A stretch of DNA of 64,000 nt from positions 44,689,716 to 44,753,715 of the forward strand of contig NC_068987.1 of assembly GCF_001194135.2 (NCBI RefSeq), in the 5' to 3' direction. The stretch is from Octopus bimaculoides. Its lineage: Eukaryota. Below, piece by piece: positions 1 to 64,000 of the stretch. How positions within the stretch are numbered: position 1 is the first letter of the stretch; each line of letters starts with the position of its first letter. The position numbers and the translations under genes are program-made. The notes below the pieces were generated by a model. The model did no database searches. It saw only the letters and a program-made list of their open reading frames with translations, and was not told the origin of the DNA.

Positions 1-50
<50 letters not shown>

Positions 51-139
51 CATTAATTGTAATAAAGTTTCCCCAAAATTAAACATATCTGATATAATAA
101 ATTTGAATGTCAGTGTGTCACATTTTTCCAACTTCAATA

Positions 140-590
140 AATCCTTTCTACTGGAAACACAAGGCCTCAGATTTTGGGGGAAGGGATTAAGTTGATTGCA
201 TCAACCCCAGTATGTAACTGGTACTAATTTTATTGACTTCGAAAGGATGAAAGGCAAAGTCATCCTTGGCGGAATTCAAACTCAAATCCTAATGGTAGAT
301 GAAATATTGCTGAGCATTTCACCCAGCGTGCTAACAATTCTGCCAGCTTGCCACCTTAATATAATATAATGATATAATCTTTTCAACTCTAGGCACAAGG
401 CCTGAAATTGGCGCGGGTGGGGGGCTCGATTAGACACCAACGCCCCCCACCCCGTACACAACTGATTTGTCAACCCTGAAATATTGAAAGGCAAAGTCAA
501 CCTCATAATTTGAACTCAGAACGTAAAGACTGACAAAATACCACTATGCATTTTGCAGGGTGTGCTAATGATTCTGCCAGCTTACTGCCT
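140..590 (-). mobile_element. Head-to-tail pair of tRNA-derived SINE family A copies
   Basis: Two copies (~140-357, ~385-590). Reverse complements start AAGGYRGYRAGCTGGCAGAAT and contain a B-box-like GAGTT(C/T)(A/G)AATT and the GACTTTGCCTTTCATCCTTTC motif; separated by (TAA)-like tails. Confidence 0.75.
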
Positions 591-689
591 TAATATAATA
601 TAATATAATAAATGTGAATGTCAGTGTGTCACACTTTTTCAACTTCACTCCTAGAGGCCCTAGCCCAATATATACCATTTTGGAATCAG

Positions 690-1000
690 GCTGACTCCCT
701 GTGTAAATTAAAAACATTCTGGGCCATATCCAGACACAAAATCCTGAAATTTTGGATTCCAAAGTTTTCATTAGTGTCATTGTTTGCGATGATTTTTTTA
801 CGTGATTCTGTGCAACAAATCTTTTTGTATGATAACAATTTTTATAATCTAAAGGCTAACTCCGTGAGTAAATTAAAAACATTCTGGGCCAAATCCAGAC
901 TTACAATCCTGAAATTTTGGATTCCTATGTCTTCATTACTGCGATTGTTTTCGGCAATTTTTTTTACATGATTTTTTTGCAACAACATATTAGTCATTCA
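690..1000. repeat. Two-unit ~165-bp tandem repeat
   Basis: aggct(g/a)actcc(c/g)tg(t/a)gtaaattaaaaacattctgggcc(a)atccagac...aatcctgaaattttggattcc repeated at ~690 and ~853. Confidence 0.85.
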
Positions 1001-1316
1001 GATATGACTTTGGAGGAAGCAATTGCAACAAACTCTCCAAAACAAGTCAGAGATCTGTTTGCAGATCTTCCTATTCAAGGTCAATTGCTTAAAAGCTAGT
1101 ATACTATACTCTCGGGCTGACCAAAGCCTTGTGAGTAGATTTGATAGATGGAATCTGAAAGAAGCCCATTGTATATACGTGTGTGTCTGATTTTCAAACA
1201 TACATGTCTTCAATTTTCATGTGCAACTATATATCCATTTATATGGTTATATTTATACAAATATATTGAAACATTGCATTAAAATATCATTAAAATGTAT
1301 TTTTCTTGTTTGTCAG

Positions 1317-64000
<62,684 letters not shown>

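Overview
Eukaryotic, AT-rich, repeat-dense genomic DNA, not prokaryotic. The repeat repertoire suggests an octopod cephalopod (inference from recalled repeat families). The whole window lies inside one large + strand gene, SMG1, the PIKK-family kinase of nonsense-mediated decay. I hand-spliced 38 exons (1317 to the window edge at 64000), all with GT-AG introns and matching phases, giving one uninterrupted frame of 5841 nt (1947 codons). This covers part of the FAT region, the FRB-like domain, the complete kinase domain ([34 protein letters not shown]) and part of the SMG1-specific C-terminal insertion; both gene ends are outside the window. The introns hold decayed mariner elements of three families, an internally deleted piggyBac plus TTAA-flanked MITEs, Buster/Charlie-type hAT elements, RTE-clade LINE fragments, tRNA-derived SINE families with interchangeable tails, two Helitron-like elements, a solo-LTR candidate, minisatellites and a 17-N gap. 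I found no convincing new multi-gene system. The most unusual items are two long foldback palindromes (one with a 14-bp target-site duplication and strand-skewed mismatches), modular head/tail-swapped SINEs including a SINE-head/LINE chimera, inverted repeat pairs in the pre-mRNA, and cryptic splice sites that would make the SMG1 transcript an NMD substrate. All coordinates were counted by hand; repeat boundaries are approximate unless termini are quoted.
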